NCBI GenBank assembly: GCA_963813715.1 | Contig: CAWFAK010000009.1 | Coordinates: forward strand, 672,001-736,000 | Source: an uncultured Planctomycetaceae bacterium | GTDB taxonomy: Bacteria; Planctomycetota; Planctomycetia; Planctomycetales; Planctomycetaceae | DNA length: 64,000 nucleotides | Direction of reading: 5' to 3' | In this document: in pieces, positions 20,726 through 32,100 of the stretch | How positions within the stretch are numbered: the first letter of the stretch is position 1 | Layout of the letters: each line of letters starts with the position of its first letter | The notes under the pieces: model-generated | Told to the model about the DNA's origin: nothing | Database searches by the model: none | What the model saw: the letters and a program-made list of their open reading frames with translations, nothing else | Translations under genes and position numbers: made by a program

Positions 20726-20767
20726 AGAAGCGAAGTTCAAAGGCTACCGTGTGGGTAATGACTGACT

Positions 20768-20986
20768 CTATCTCTGCGTTTGAAAATAGAGCGCCAGCCA
20801 GATGCAGACCACCAGTTGCATCGCGAGCGGCACGAGGAAATGGACCGGCGTGAACAGCAGCGCGATCGATGCGGTTGTCAGCGTCACAGCAAAGCCCTTG
20901 GCCACGCGGCCGAAGTCTTCGTTGATGAGAATGAAAATCGTTCCGAAAAAGGCAAACGCGAGCGGAAAGAGAAAAATCAGGTTCAT
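20768..20986 (-). CDS. 72-aa hydrophobic membrane protein, paralog A
   Basis: MNLIFLFPLAFAFFG...; GGAG RBS; 58/72 identical to paralog B. Confidence 0.75.
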   Translation of the reverse strand: MNLIFLFPLAFAFFGTIFILINEDFGRVAKGFAVTLTTASIALLFTPVHFLVPLAMQLVVCIWLALYFQTQR

Positions 20987-21044
20987 CGCCCGTCTCCGAG
21001 TGCAATTCTCCCGGCACAAGTCGTACGCGATCCGGCGGATCCTC

Positions 21045-21073
21045 AGCTTATGCTGCGGGGCGGACGCCATCCA
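21045..21073 (-). promoter_or_regulatory. TGGATG-N17-TAAGCT promoter, copy 2
   Basis: Upstream of paralog A; shares GCAGCATAAGCTG with copy 1. Confidence 0.65.
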
Positions 21074-21163
21074 TCCTTGAGACGTTGACGTGCCAATTGA
21101 CGCTGGATTGAAGAGGTCTGCTGGTTCAAACTGGCCGGTGACACGCGGACCAAAGAGGCAGTC

Positions 21164-21637
21164 ATGCGGCCGATCACCTTTACGTGTGAAGAAACCGTCT
21201 CCATCACCCCGGGCGACATTCTGCGACAGATCCTCGATCCGGCCTGCTGGCCGGATTTCAAGGGCTTTGGCGTGATCCCGGGAATCCGGGCGGCCCAACT
21301 CGAAGTCCAAACTCCGGAAATCGTCGGCACTCGCTTTCGAGTGACGAACACGGATGGATCGAGCCACGTCGAGGAGATTATCGAGTGGCAACCCGATCGC
21401 CGCTTGAAAACCCGCATGCTCGATTTTTCCGCTCCTCTTTCCCACCTCGCCACGCATTTTGAAGAAACATGGGAGTTCCAAAGCGTCAGCGACAAGACCC
21501 GAGTCACCCGCTTCTTCCAGTTGCACGCCAAATCGGCGTTGACCCGGCCATTGCTTTGGGTGATTTCACTCTTCCTCAAGCGGGCCATCGCTCGCAATCT
21601 GCGACAAATGTCGGCGGCCCCGGGATTGCGGGCCTGA
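21164..21637 (+). CDS. SRPBCC/polyketide cyclase-family protein
   Basis: ILDPACWPDF...GTRFRVTNTDGSSHVEEIIEW; GAGG RBS. Confidence 0.75.
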   Translation: MRPITFTCEETVSITPGDILRQILDPACWPDFKGFGVIPGIRAAQLEVQTPEIVGTRFRVTNTDGSSHVEEIIEWQPDRRLKTRMLDFSAPLSHLATHFEETWEFQSVSDKTRVTRFFQLHAKSALTRPLLWVISLFLKRAIARNLRQMSAAPGLRA

Positions 21638-21769
21638 AACGAATCTCCGCCGGGCGCCATCCCGAGAAACACGCCGCCCGGAGCTGAATTCACTCACAAA
21701 AAGCCCTTGCCGCGGCGTCAGTATGCTGGTCGACTTCCGGGAAAGAGCGAAGTTGAGAGGAGCCGGCAC

Positions 21770-23460
21770 ATGAATCTGCGAATCGGGATCACAATGCTCG
21801 TCCTCGGGTCGGCACTGACTGCCGAGGCGAGCACGATCGTGCGGGTCACCGGGCAGGTTGTCGACGCTGCGGGGAAGCCGGTCGCCGGGGCTCGTGTTGG
21901 TGAATACTGGATTAGCGAGCAGGGCGGGCCGCTGAAGTCGGAGCGGCCGGCCGTTTCTGGGGCGGACGGGAGATTCTCGCTTGAGATCGAGCTCTTTCGT
22001 TTCGATCAGGCCTTGATGGCCTTCGACCCGACGGGGCAATTGGGGGGCGTGGCGACGATCGGAATCAAGTCCCCGCAACAGCCGATTTCACTGAAGCTGC
22101 TTCCTCTCGGCCGGATCCGCACACAGTTCACGTCGGAAAAATCAGACGTGCCCCTGTCGGAGTCGTTCCTGACCCTGCTCCTTCCGCCGAACAAGCTCCA
22201 GCTGGGGTACGCCCGGTCGCGTGCCTCGGCCTTTGATCTGCAACTGCCGCCCGGCCGGTATACCCTGCAGGCGGAGGGGGGCGGCGACAACCACGAGATG
22301 GACTCCCGCGAGGTGACTGTCGAGCCTGGGAAATTGGTCGATCTCGGCGAAATCAAGTTGACCCTCTCGCCAAGAGCCCGGCTCTACGGCAAGCCGGCGC
22401 CAGCGTGGCACTTTGCGGACGCGCGCGGCGTTGCCAAAAGCGCGCAGCCGAAGGACTTCAAGGGCAAGTGGGTCGCGCTGGAGTTCTGGGGCTACTGGTG
22501 CGGACCGTGCACAGGCCGCGGTTTGCCCGGCTGGATGGATTTCGCCGACGACCACGCGATCGACCGCGACAAGTTCGACATCGTGACGGTGCACGAGCGA
22601 AACGTGACCGACTTCGCCGACCTCGACAAGAAGCTGAAACCGATCGTCGCCCGCGTGTGGCGCGGCCGTCCGTTCCCGTTTCCGATCCTGCTCGACACGA
22701 GCGGCTCGATGGCCCGGGACTACGGCGTGCGCGGCTATCCGACCGTGGTGCTGATCGACCCGGAGGGCCGCGTGGTTGACTTCGGTCGAAAGCCGACAGA
22801 GTTCGGCAGCCAGGTCTGCGAAGAATTCCTCGCGTCGAAGCTGACGCCTTTGCCACCGGGCAAACGGCTCGAGCGGGCCCTCGACCGTGGGCAGGCCCTC
22901 GGCGTCGATGATGAGCCGCTGGCCGAGCTGATAGATTTTTATGCTCGCGTGAGTCGGATCGCGATTCGCATCGATCGTGACGAGCTCAAAGCCGCGGGGC
23001 TCGACGTGAACGTCATCGTGCCCCTCAAGGTGAACGGCCGCATCACGCTGCGCTCGTGGCTCAACCTCACGCTCGATCCCCTCGGGCTGACGTACGTCGC
23101 GGAGGGCGCCGGGCTGCGGATCGTGCGGCGTTCGCCCGGCAATCTCCGGCTGTCACAACCTTCGCACCGCCAGGAAGAAGAGAACGCCCTCGTCGCCGCG
23201 GCCCTCAAGAAGAAAGTGACCCTCGAATTCCACGGCGAGTCGCTTAAGCAGGGGATCTCCATGCTCGAAACGAAGAGCGGAGATGAGACCTTCTTGCTCA
23301 ACCCGGCGGCTCGACCTGCGGAGGCGATCAGTCCCGAGACGAAGGTGACCGGCTCCACCGTCGAGGAGCCGCTGGCGTCCGCTCTCAGCGGCTTCTCGCT
23401 CCGCTCGGCATGACGTACGTCATCCGCGACGAGTGCGTGATCCTCATCATGGGTCGCTAG
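21770..23460 (+). CDS. Exported TlpA-like redoxin with N-terminal carboxypeptidase-regulatory-like domains; frameshift near 23390
   Basis: Signal peptide, GQVVDAAGKPVAGARV, LEFWGYWCGPC, YPTVVLIDPEG. Confidence 0.8.
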
Positions 23461-23499
23461 GACGACCAATGCGGCTCGGCTGGCACTCCTTATCCCGCA

Positions 23500-23537
23500 G
23501 CCGGTCATCGGTTCATTTGCCGGTCATCGGTTCATTT
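23500..23537. repeat. 19-bp perfect tandem duplication
   Basis: GCCGGTCATCGGTTCATTT x2, duplicating the stop region of paralog B. Confidence 0.85.
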
Positions 23538-23742
23538 GGAAGTACAACGCCAGCCAGATGCAGATCGTCAGCTGCATCGCCAGCGGCACGAGGAAATGAA
23601 CCGGCGTGAACAGCAGCGCGATCGATCCGCCCGCAAGCAGGACGGCGACCGACTTGGCGACGCGGCCGAAGTCGTCGTTGATAAGAATGAAAATCGCGCC
23701 GAAGAATGCAAACGCCAACGGGAAGAGAAAGATCACTTGCAT
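23524..23742 (-). CDS. 72-aa hydrophobic membrane protein, paralog B
   Basis: MQVIFLFPLAFAFFG...YFQMNR. Confidence 0.75.
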   Translation of the reverse strand: MQVIFLFPLAFAFFGAIFILINDDFGRVAKSVAVLLAGGSIALLFTPVHFLVPLAMQLTICIWLALYFQMNR

Positions 23743-23811
23743 TGACCCACCGCGCATGGTCGCTGTTCACCGAGTTTGCGTGTAACGTCCACGGCGTGAT
23801 TGCCAATCGCC

Positions 23812-23840
23812 AGCTTATTCTTCTCCGCGACCCGCATCCA
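23812..23840 (-). promoter_or_regulatory. TGGATG-N17-TAAGCT promoter, copy 3
   Basis: Upstream of paralog B, identical geometry. Confidence 0.6.
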
Positions 23841-24131
23841 TACCTCGCGTACGAAAGCACCGCCCGGTTGATCCGCCGGTGGCGGACCGGCTCGCCTGGA
23901 CTATACTCCTGGTTCGCCGTCCAGAGGGGGTGAAGCTGGATCGCGTCAGCAGGACGGCAGTGGAAGGCGGCCGCCGAACGAGCGTGCGACCTCGCCATCG
24001 TCACGAACGACGCCCGCTGAATTCGTGCGCCGCTGCGGAATTCGAGCGCCTGCTTGACGTCCCGACTGTATTCGATAGATTCGGTACGTTCGGGCGGCAT
24101 TCCTAGCACTGCCACTCAAGGAACGCAGCGA

Positions 24132-25408
24132 ATGCCGAGCCTCCGATTGGCCGCCTCTTGTCTGGTCGTCGCCAATTTCCTGGTGGCCGCGACGACGCTG
24201 GCGTTCGCAGAGTCCGATGCAGAAGACGCACGGCTCAGGCCCTATCTCGAGGTTCTGAGGCGCGACGGCGTCGAGCCAGTGCGCTTCGTGTCACGGGCAT
24301 CGACCAGCACGACCTCGTGATTTTCGACGACGCGGTGCATCCCGCCGTCGAACCGTTTGATTTCTACCGCCAGTTGATCAACGACCAGACCTTCCAGCGG
24401 CACGTGCCGATCATCTTTCTGGAACTGATTCCGAGCAACAAGCAGCGGCACATCGAGGCCTATCTGAGTGCGCCGAGCGACGATCCGCGGCTCTTGTATC
24501 CCGCCTTTCAAGACAATGCCAACGGCCAGGGCTTCAATTTCAAGACGTATTTCGACTTCTTGAAAGCCGTTCGTGAAACGAATCAGTCGCTTCCCGCTGA
24601 TCGGCGTCTCCAAGTCGTTGGAGCCGGGGGCGAGACCTATTGGTCCGAAATCCAGACGCCGCGCGATCCTGCGGCTCTACTACCAGTCGACGTACGGCTA
24701 CGACCATCACATGTATGTCATTGTCCTCGAAGTGATGGAACACTTCAAAGCCGGGAAGAAGGGCATCCTGCTGACGAACACGCGGCATTCCTACAAAGGC
24801 ATCAAGCAAAAGAACGGACAGTATTTTTGGGACACCGGCACGTTCTTCGCGCAGTGGCATCCGGGAAAGACGTATTCGATTCGATTGCACAATGTGGCCC
24901 TATCGATTCGGGCCATCAAACCCGTGGATCCTGAAGACGTCACAGACTCTGCAAGGGATGGAGCGTCTCGACTACAAGTTTGTGCGGATGGCTCGTGGCC
25001 TGTGGGACACCGCGTTTCCGCGAACGGCGACCGGCCCGTCGCGATTCCGCTCGCTCACAATGTCTTTGGACAGGAGCCTTACATCGGCAACCATCAACCC
25101 GAGGCTTTGCCCAATCAGAAAATCGAGGATGCGTACGATGCGCTGATCTTCCTGGCTCCGCTGGAGAAACTGCGGCAAACCGCCCAAGTTGATTTCATTT
25201 ACACGCCCGCTTTTCGCCAGGAGCTGAAGCGCCGCTTTCGACTCGAACATTCCGAGGCCGAGTTAGCCGAAATGCTCAAGGGTGCGCGCACGAGGCGAAC
25301 CTCGACGATTGGTTTGCCAAGGCGCTCGTCACCGCGCCGGAACAGCCGTTGGAACTGGCCAAAACGCTCGGCCCGATCGACGAGTGGAAGCAGCCGGTGC
25401 GGCAATAA
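24132..25408 (+). CDS. Hypothetical exported protein (possible EreA/ChaN-like fold); multiple frameshifts
   Basis: Signal peptide; DLVIFDDAVH, IIFLE, AYDALIFLAP spread over several frames. Confidence 0.55.
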
Positions 25409-25605
25409 AGCCGTCCGACCACGATCGACTCCTGCTCCCTGGCGTTATCTCGCTCGCTGAACGCGACTCTCCGCGACGTGCCGTCCGCGGACAACCGCCG
25501 ACTCGTTAGCTGGTTCACGCCGCCGGTTCGCGGGGCTATACTTGCCGTCTCGCGGGCCGCACCGGGCGAGGGCCGGCCGTGTTAGGGAAAGGCAACGCAA
25601 ACTCG

Positions 25606-26721
25606 ATGGCGTCACAGTCTCAATTCGAACGGCCTCAATTCGAACGGCCTCAATCCGAACGGTGGAAATCCGAGCTGACGGTCGCGCTGGATGCCGTGCG
25701 GGCCGCGTCGCGGATTTGTCGCGACGTGCAGTCCAAAATTGCGGCCGACGTGTTTGAAAAAGAAGATCGCAGCCCCGTCACCGTCGCCGACTTCGCCAGC
25801 CAGGCCGCGATCTGCCGGCTGATCGGCGATGCGTTTCCGCACGATCCGATCATCGGCGAGGAAGAATCGGGAGCCCTCCGCCGCGAAGAAAACGGCCCAT
25901 TCCTCGAGCGCGTGATCGAAGAGCTGCGGGCGATCGGCGTCGAGGCCACCGGCGAACAGGCGTGCGACTGGATCGACCGCGGCTGCGAAAAGAAATACGC
26001 CCCGCGCTTCTGGACCCTCGACCCCATCGACGGCACCAAAGGCTTCCTGCGCCAGGAACAGTACGCCGTCTCGCTCGCCCTGATCATCGACGGCCGAATC
26101 GAAGTCGCCCTGCTCGGCTGCCCGAATCTGACCGCGACTGGTGAGGCCGACGACCCGGCAATTGAATCAGCGGACCCAACCGCGTCAACCGGCGCGATCT
26201 TTTACGCCACGCGCGGCGGCGGAGCGTGGGTCGTGCCGCTCGACGATCTGACGGCGACGCCGACCGCCGTCCACTGCAGCCACCTGGCCGACCCCGTCGA
26301 GGCTCGCTTCTGCGAATCGGTCGAATCGAGCCACACATCGACCAGCTTGTCGTCGCGCGTCGCCGAGGCCCTCGGCATGCACCGCGCCCCCTTGCGAATG
26401 GACAGCCAGGCCAAGTACGCGATCGTCGCCCGCGGCGATGCCGAAATTTACATGCGGCTCCCCGCCAAATACGGCTACAAAGAAAAAATCTGGGACCACG
26501 CCGGCGGCGTCCTCGTGGTCGAAGAGGCCGGCGGAATCGTCTCCGACGTGATGGGCCGGCCGCTCGAATTCAACCACGGCTACGAACTCTTGGCCAACCG
26601 CGGCATCGTCGCCGCCAATCGCGAGCTGCACGGCCGGGTCATCGCCGCCCTCGACGAAATCTACAAAACCTTCCCCGCCCCCCAAGGCCCGCTGCCGGCC
26701 CCCGGTTGGAAACCAACCTGA
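25606..26721 (+). CDS. 3'(2'),5'-bisphosphate nucleotidase, HAL2-like (inositol monophosphatase superfamily)
   Basis: SPVTVADF, IIGEE, LDPIDGTKGF, DSQAKY, EKIWDHAGG. Confidence 0.93.
   Translation: MASQSQFERPQFERPQSERWKSELTVALDAVRAASRICRDVQSKIAADVFEKEDRSPVTVADFASQAAICRLIGDAFPHDPIIGEEESGALRREENGPFLERVIEELRAIGVEATGEQACDWIDRGCEKKYAPRFWTLDPIDGTKGFLRQEQYAVSLALIIDGRIEVALLGCPNLTATGEADDPAIESADPTASTGAIFYATRGGGAWVVPLDDLTATPTAVHCSHLADPVEARFCESVESSHTSTSLSSRVAEALGMHRAPLRMDSQAKYAIVARGDAEIYMRLPAKYGYKEKIWDHAGGVLVVEEAGGIVSDVMGRPLEFNHGYELLANRGIVAANRELHGRVIAALDEIYKTFPAPQGPLPAPGWKPT
25619..25662 (+). repeat. 15-bp coding tandem repeat x3
   Basis: CTCAATTCGAACGGC x2 plus CTCAATCCGAACGG (QFERP repeats). Confidence 0.85.
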
Positions 26722-27038
26722 ACGCCAGCTGAATTGGCGTTTTGCCTGGGAAATGGCGTAGAAATTCAAGGCGGCCGCCCGCTCGCCGACCTCCGCGCCG
26801 TCCGCACCGGCACCCGCTGGCGATGGGCAACGCGATTTGTTTAAATCGAAGTGCCTTTGACGACGAAACGGTCCCGCCCCCCGTGGCCGAGTCATTGACG
26901 CCCGGCCCCCCGTGGCCCGGTGATTGGAAACGGGGGCGCGGCTCCGGCCGAGCCTCGAGCTCGCACGTCTGGCTCGAGCGCGGGGCGAGTCGTGCGTCGC
27001 ACTCCCAAGAAACTGAATCCCCTCCGAATCATTCCTGG

Positions 27039-29081
27039 ATGACTCACATGCGTTCTACTCGTCTTGCCGCTCGATCGATCGTCTTTGTGGCCGCGGGCCT
27101 GTTGATCGTTGTCGCCGCGACTGTCCGCGTGCCGGCCGACACGCCCGTCGAGAGCCAGTCGCACCTGCTCAACGACATCAAGTACCTCGCCTCCGACGAG
27201 CTTGAAGGTCGCGGCATCGGCACCAAGGGCCTCAACAAAGCCGCCGACTACATCAAAGAGCAATTCAAAGAAGCCGGGCTCGACGTCACCCAGGTCAAGG
27301 GCGACGCCTTCCAATATTTCAAGATGACCACCAAGGCCATCCTCGGCACGCCGAACACGCTCAAGTTCGTCGGCCCCGGCGGCAAGACGATCGAGCTCAA
27401 GCGCGACGTCGACTTCGTCCCCTGCTCCTTCGGCGGCGGCGGCAAGATCAGCGGCGACCTCGTCTTCGCCAGCTACGGCCTCGACGAACACGACTTCCGC
27501 GACTTCAAGGGCATCGACGTCAAAGGCAAGGTCGTGATCGTCATGCGACGCAACCCCGGCCAGGTTGAGGAAGAGCCGCAAGAAGGACCCGCCCCGGGCC
27601 CCCCCGGCCGCCGCCGTGCGAGCGCCGCCGACCTCCGCTCCAAGCTCAGCAACGCCATCGCCGCCGGCGCCAGCGCGATCATCTTCCTCAACGATCCGTT
27701 CAGCGTGCGAAAGAACGCCAAGGACGCCGAGTCCCGCGTCCGCCGCGCCAATAACCACCTCATCGACGCGGCCGTCGCGCTCGACACGGCCGAAGAAAAA
27801 GGGGCCAACTCCCCCGCCGTCGCCGAGGCGCTCAAAGAACTCCGCGAAGACGTCACCAAGCTCAAAAAGGCCAAGGCCGAGGTCAAGAATCCTGAGAACG
27901 ATCCGTTCATGAAGTTCGGCTACGGCGGCACCGGCAGCGACACCAGCATCCCCGTCGTTCAGCTCAGCCTCGACGCCGTCAATCGCGTGCTCGAGCCGGC
28001 CCTCGGCAAATCGATCACCCAGCTCGAAACGGCCATCGACAACGACATGAAGCCGCACAGCGCTCCGCTGGCCGGCTGGAAGGCCGAAGGCGTCACCACC
28101 ATCGACCGCTCGCCCACGCAGGTCAAAAACGTCATCGGCGTGCTCGAAGGCGAAGGCCCGAAGAAGGACGAAATCGTCGTCGTCGGCGCCCACTACGATC
28201 ACCTGGGCCGCGGCGGCATGGGCTCGCTCATGCCCGGCTCCGCCGAAATCCATAACGGCGCCGACGACAACGCCTCCGGCACCGTCAGCGTGCTCGAGCT
28301 CGCTCGCCGCTTCGGCCATCGCGGCAAGAAGCCCCCCCGCAAGCTCGTCTTCATGACCTTCTCGGGCGAGGAAGAGGGTTTGATCGGCTCAGCCTACTAC
28401 GTCAAAAACCCCGTCTTCCCGCTCAACAAGACGATCGCCATGATCAACCTCGACATGGTCGGCCGCCTCAAGGACGACAAGCTCACCGTCTACGGCATCG
28501 GCACCGCCCCGCACTGGGAAAAGCTCCTGAAAAAGCTCGCCCCCACGCACCAGCTCCACCTGATCCTCAAGCCGGAAGGCTTTGGGCCGAGCGACCAGTC
28601 GTCGTTCTACGGCAAGAAAATCCCCGTGCTGCACTTCTTCACGGGCACGCATCCCGACTACCACCGCCCGACCGATAAGTGGCCCAAGATCAACATCACG
28701 GGCATGGACCGCGTCGTCGACCTGGTCGAGCAGATCGTGGCCGACACCGACGAAAGCCCGACACCGCCGCAATACGTCGAAGTGAAGGGGAACGCCCGCG
28801 TCGAACGCCAAGGCAGCCGCCCCTACTTCGGCAGCATCCCCGACTTCGGCAGCGAGGTGAAAGGCTACGCCATCCAAGGCGTCAGCCCCGGCAGCCCGTC
28901 GGATAAGGCCGGCCTCAAAGGCGGCGACGTGATCATCGAAATCGGCGGCCGAAAAATCACCGGCCTCGACGATTTTGACCTGGCCCTCCGCCGCTTCAGC
29001 GCCGGCGACACCATCGACGTGACAGCCACCCGCGCCGGCAAGGAAGTGAAGCTGAAGGTGACACTGGGCGTGCCCCGCTAG
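27039..29081 (+). CDS. M28-family aminopeptidase with PA and PDZ domains, exported
   Basis: LASDELEGR, VGAHYDHLG, GADDNASG, GEEEG, NLDMVGR, C-terminal PDZ. Confidence 0.93.
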   Translation: MTHMRSTRLAARSIVFVAAGLLIVVAATVRVPADTPVESQSHLLNDIKYLASDELEGRGIGTKGLNKAADYIKEQFKEAGLDVTQVKGDAFQYFKMTTKAILGTPNTLKFVGPGGKTIELKRDVDFVPCSFGGGGKISGDLVFASYGLDEHDFRDFKGIDVKGKVVIVMRRNPGQVEEEPQEGPAPGPPGRRRASAADLRSKLSNAIAAGASAIIFLNDPFSVRKNAKDAESRVRRANNHLIDAAVALDTAEEKGANSPAVAEALKELREDVTKLKKAKAEVKNPENDPFMKFGYGGTGSDTSIPVVQLSLDAVNRVLEPALGKSITQLETAIDNDMKPHSAPLAGWKAEGVTTIDRSPTQVKNVIGVLEGEGPKKDEIVVVGAHYDHLGRGGMGSLMPGSAEIHNGADDNASGTVSVLELARRFGHRGKKPPRKLVFMTFSGEEEGLIGSAYYVKNPVFPLNKTIAMINLDMVGRLKDDKLTVYGIGTAPHWEKLLKKLAPTHQLHLILKPEGFGPSDQSSFYGKKIPVLHFFTGTHPDYHRPTDKWPKINITGMDRVVDLVEQIVADTDESPTPPQYVEVKGNARVERQGSRPYFGSIPDFGSEVKGYAIQGVSPGSPSDKAGLKGGDVIIEIGGRKITGLDDFDLALRRFSAGDTIDVTATRAGKEVKLKVTLGVPR

Positions 29082-29173
29082 ACGCAAGGCGTCTTCGCGT
29101 TCGCAGGAGGGCGAGATCCTCGCCCCAACAGCCAACCCGTTTTCCGGCACACGCCCTTAATGCTCGCGGTTAC

Positions 29174-32100
29174 TCAAGCTCCAAACCAATGGTCGGCCTC
29201 GGCTACAGCTCCGACCGGCGCGACCCGCGTGGCGACAAGGCGTCTACACTTCTCCTTAGCTTGGCCGACAAGTTCAATGGGATAGTGATCGCAATTCTCG
29301 ACGACCTCTTCAGCAACCGCCTTCGGGATTCGCTGCGCTCGCAGCATAGTTGAATACGCATAATTGAAATAGCCGTCCCGTCTTGCTCCCTTATCGTAAC
29401 TGTTGGCCAACACGGGCAACCACGCCTTTGCTGTCGTCCTGTCCTTTTCAATTGCACGAAGTGCGACCTCCTGACAGAAGCCCAGCGTTGTCGGGTCGGC
29501 GCCGTCGTAAGTCGATGCAAGCCGCTCTCCAAGTGCTAGCGTGAGGTCGGGCGCGCGAAGGCTCAGCAGTATGATCATTCTGTCTGACATTGTAGCCGGT
29601 AGCACTTCGGCGTTCAGCGCTATCGCCCTCCGCCCAGTTACCCCGCTAGTGCCAAGAGCTCCGCACCCAGCGATTATCCGCTCCCACCAAGCGGAGTCCA
29701 CTCTCACGAGCATTTCATCTATTTGAGTACAAAGCCGCTCGATCACACTACCCCCCGCCCATCCGCCCAACATGAGCAGCACATGCGCCCTTTGCAAAGG
29801 GGTCCGCGCGTCCGCTAGCTGCCTCTCCCACCAAGACGCCGACCCAGCCCGAAGTCGCGCATATCGGGCCCGCCGGGCCAGCGGCACAGTCTCATCGAAG
29901 AGATCGCGAGCATCGTCACACGTTTCCTCTTTGGACCGGATTCCCGCTCCTACGCTTGCTAGTTTGATAAACGCCCACCGCTCTCCAAAACGCGCTCTTC
30001 CACCTTCCACGAGTTCCTGCCACGGACCGATTCGCGTTGCCCATTCGCCGGGAGGCCGCCGGTCCAGTTCGACGCTCAGCGCGACTACCTCTGCACATCT
30101 CCGCCCGGCCGCATACGCTCCACAACCTTCCGATAGCCACTTAGTTGGATCCGTCGCGTACTCGGGACTGTAGCGCTGCCACACAATACCGGATGCCCGC
30201 TCATCGCCTCCGAGCATATATCGGTATACCGCCCACACTTGGCCAAATGCGCTCAAAAGAGATTGCCCTTGCGTCCCCACATATTCTTCTGCCGAATCCA
30301 ATATATAATCAACAACTGCCTGAAAGCGGCTCTCTTTCGCCTCGACGAACTTGCTCTGGCCACCCCGGTCTAAGAACGATAAACGTTCCGCCACGTCCAC
30401 TGGGTCGGAGGCCATTGCTTCAAGCTCCGCGTCGGTTAGCAAGTCAAGTATTCCCAGGTGCCACCCGTAGCGCATCCACACCGTCTGACTGCTGCTTGCA
30501 AGACCAGCGCACGCCCCATACCACTGATCTCTTGCTTCAGCAGGGGTTGCATTTGCGCGCCATATCTGAACAAGCATTGCGCCATAGTCGCAAGGCTGCG
30601 AGTCTCGCAACAAAGAGACGCTTCGAGCAACAACCTCCTCCCTTCCACTCTGCTGTGGTAGGACGAGCAGCTGTCCCCCTCTATGGGAGCGCGCTACAGC
30701 ACTCATGTGCCTTAAGCCTGGCCCGTCAATTATCAACGCTACGACTTGTTTCATAGAGCGCGGATGCTGCGCGAACACCCAATCGGAAAGAAGGGTCGTT
30801 GCAAGTAGTTGCGCGTGACTTGTGGACTTATACCCTGGTGAGCGCGCCAGTTCTTCAAGACGATCAACGAGGGACGGCAGTTCGCCCTTGCTGTAGTCAG
30901 CCCGCGTAAAAGCGCGTTACGTTCTGCCAGAAGAAATCCCTTGCCAGTGCGTCGAATCTATCAGGCAGCGTCCCAGCACGTTCACCGCCGGGAGGCGAGT
31001 ATTGAGCGGTGTTATAGAGATGCCGCGCGGCAAAATATTCGCGGAGCGGCTGTACCTCGAATTCATATGTTCCTTCGACCCGCGATACCAGAGCGACGAC
31101 GCGCTCGACAAGCCCGGTGAACAGCGTATGCGCAAGTGCAACATTGTGCCCTTCGAAGGACAGATAGTGCGCCACAAGGTCATGCAACCGCTGAGCGCTT
31201 ACACTGCCTCGCGTCTGTTTGGTTTGGGATTCTGATTGAAGGATCCAAGCTAAGTAACGATGGATGTCCAAGAGCAGGTCACGATGGTCGCGGACGACTG
31301 TCGACTTCTCTGCCTCGCGATTAAAGAATAAATCCACGTAACTGTCGTACAGCGACGTTCGTTTGTCAGGTAGAGAGCCGCCTCGCGTTTGAATAAGGCT
31401 AAGCAGAATCGCTAGCTGCATCGGATTGCGTGCTAGCTCACGTAAATGAGGCTAGTCGACTTTGTCACGAAGGATGCGACGGACGTCGGCGGCTTCTTTT
31501 CCGTCGAGGCGACGCGCCCGGAGCCATTTCTCTGCATATTCGTCAATTAGAGGGCGCGTAATCGAGCCAAGCTGGATGTATGTGAAAGTAAGCTCCGACA
31601 GCCCTGGTGCGTTTGCAAAGGCCGCGGGCCGACTTGTAACGATTGTTTGGAGAGATGCCGCGAGTTTGCGCAGCCGATTAACGCCGGTGGCGATTGCGTC
31701 GACCACTTCCTTACGGCTTTGGATATCCGCGACTTCGTCGAGCCCGTCGCAGACCAAGAGGAGCGCACTGATCCGGGCGACGGCTTGAAGATCGGAGACG
31801 CTAAAAAGGGAGCCGCCGGAATAATGGGTTATGTGCGCTGCAAGGAACGACTCCAATGACTTATGCCACCCTTCAGGCGCAGGTGCGTTGTCGTCGGGAG
31901 CGAACGGGTTGCGTTGGTCTAACCAGACCGCGAGATCTCTACAATCAAGCTTGATGGGAAGTCGAACGGAAGTTGCGCGCGTGGGAGACCGGGTGCCTTC
32001 CCCCTCTGAGGAATCCCCCAGAAGTTGCGTTCGATGAATTTGACAGATGTATTGAACAACGGTGGATTTTCCCTGGCCGGGGGCGCCCTCGAGGACGACA

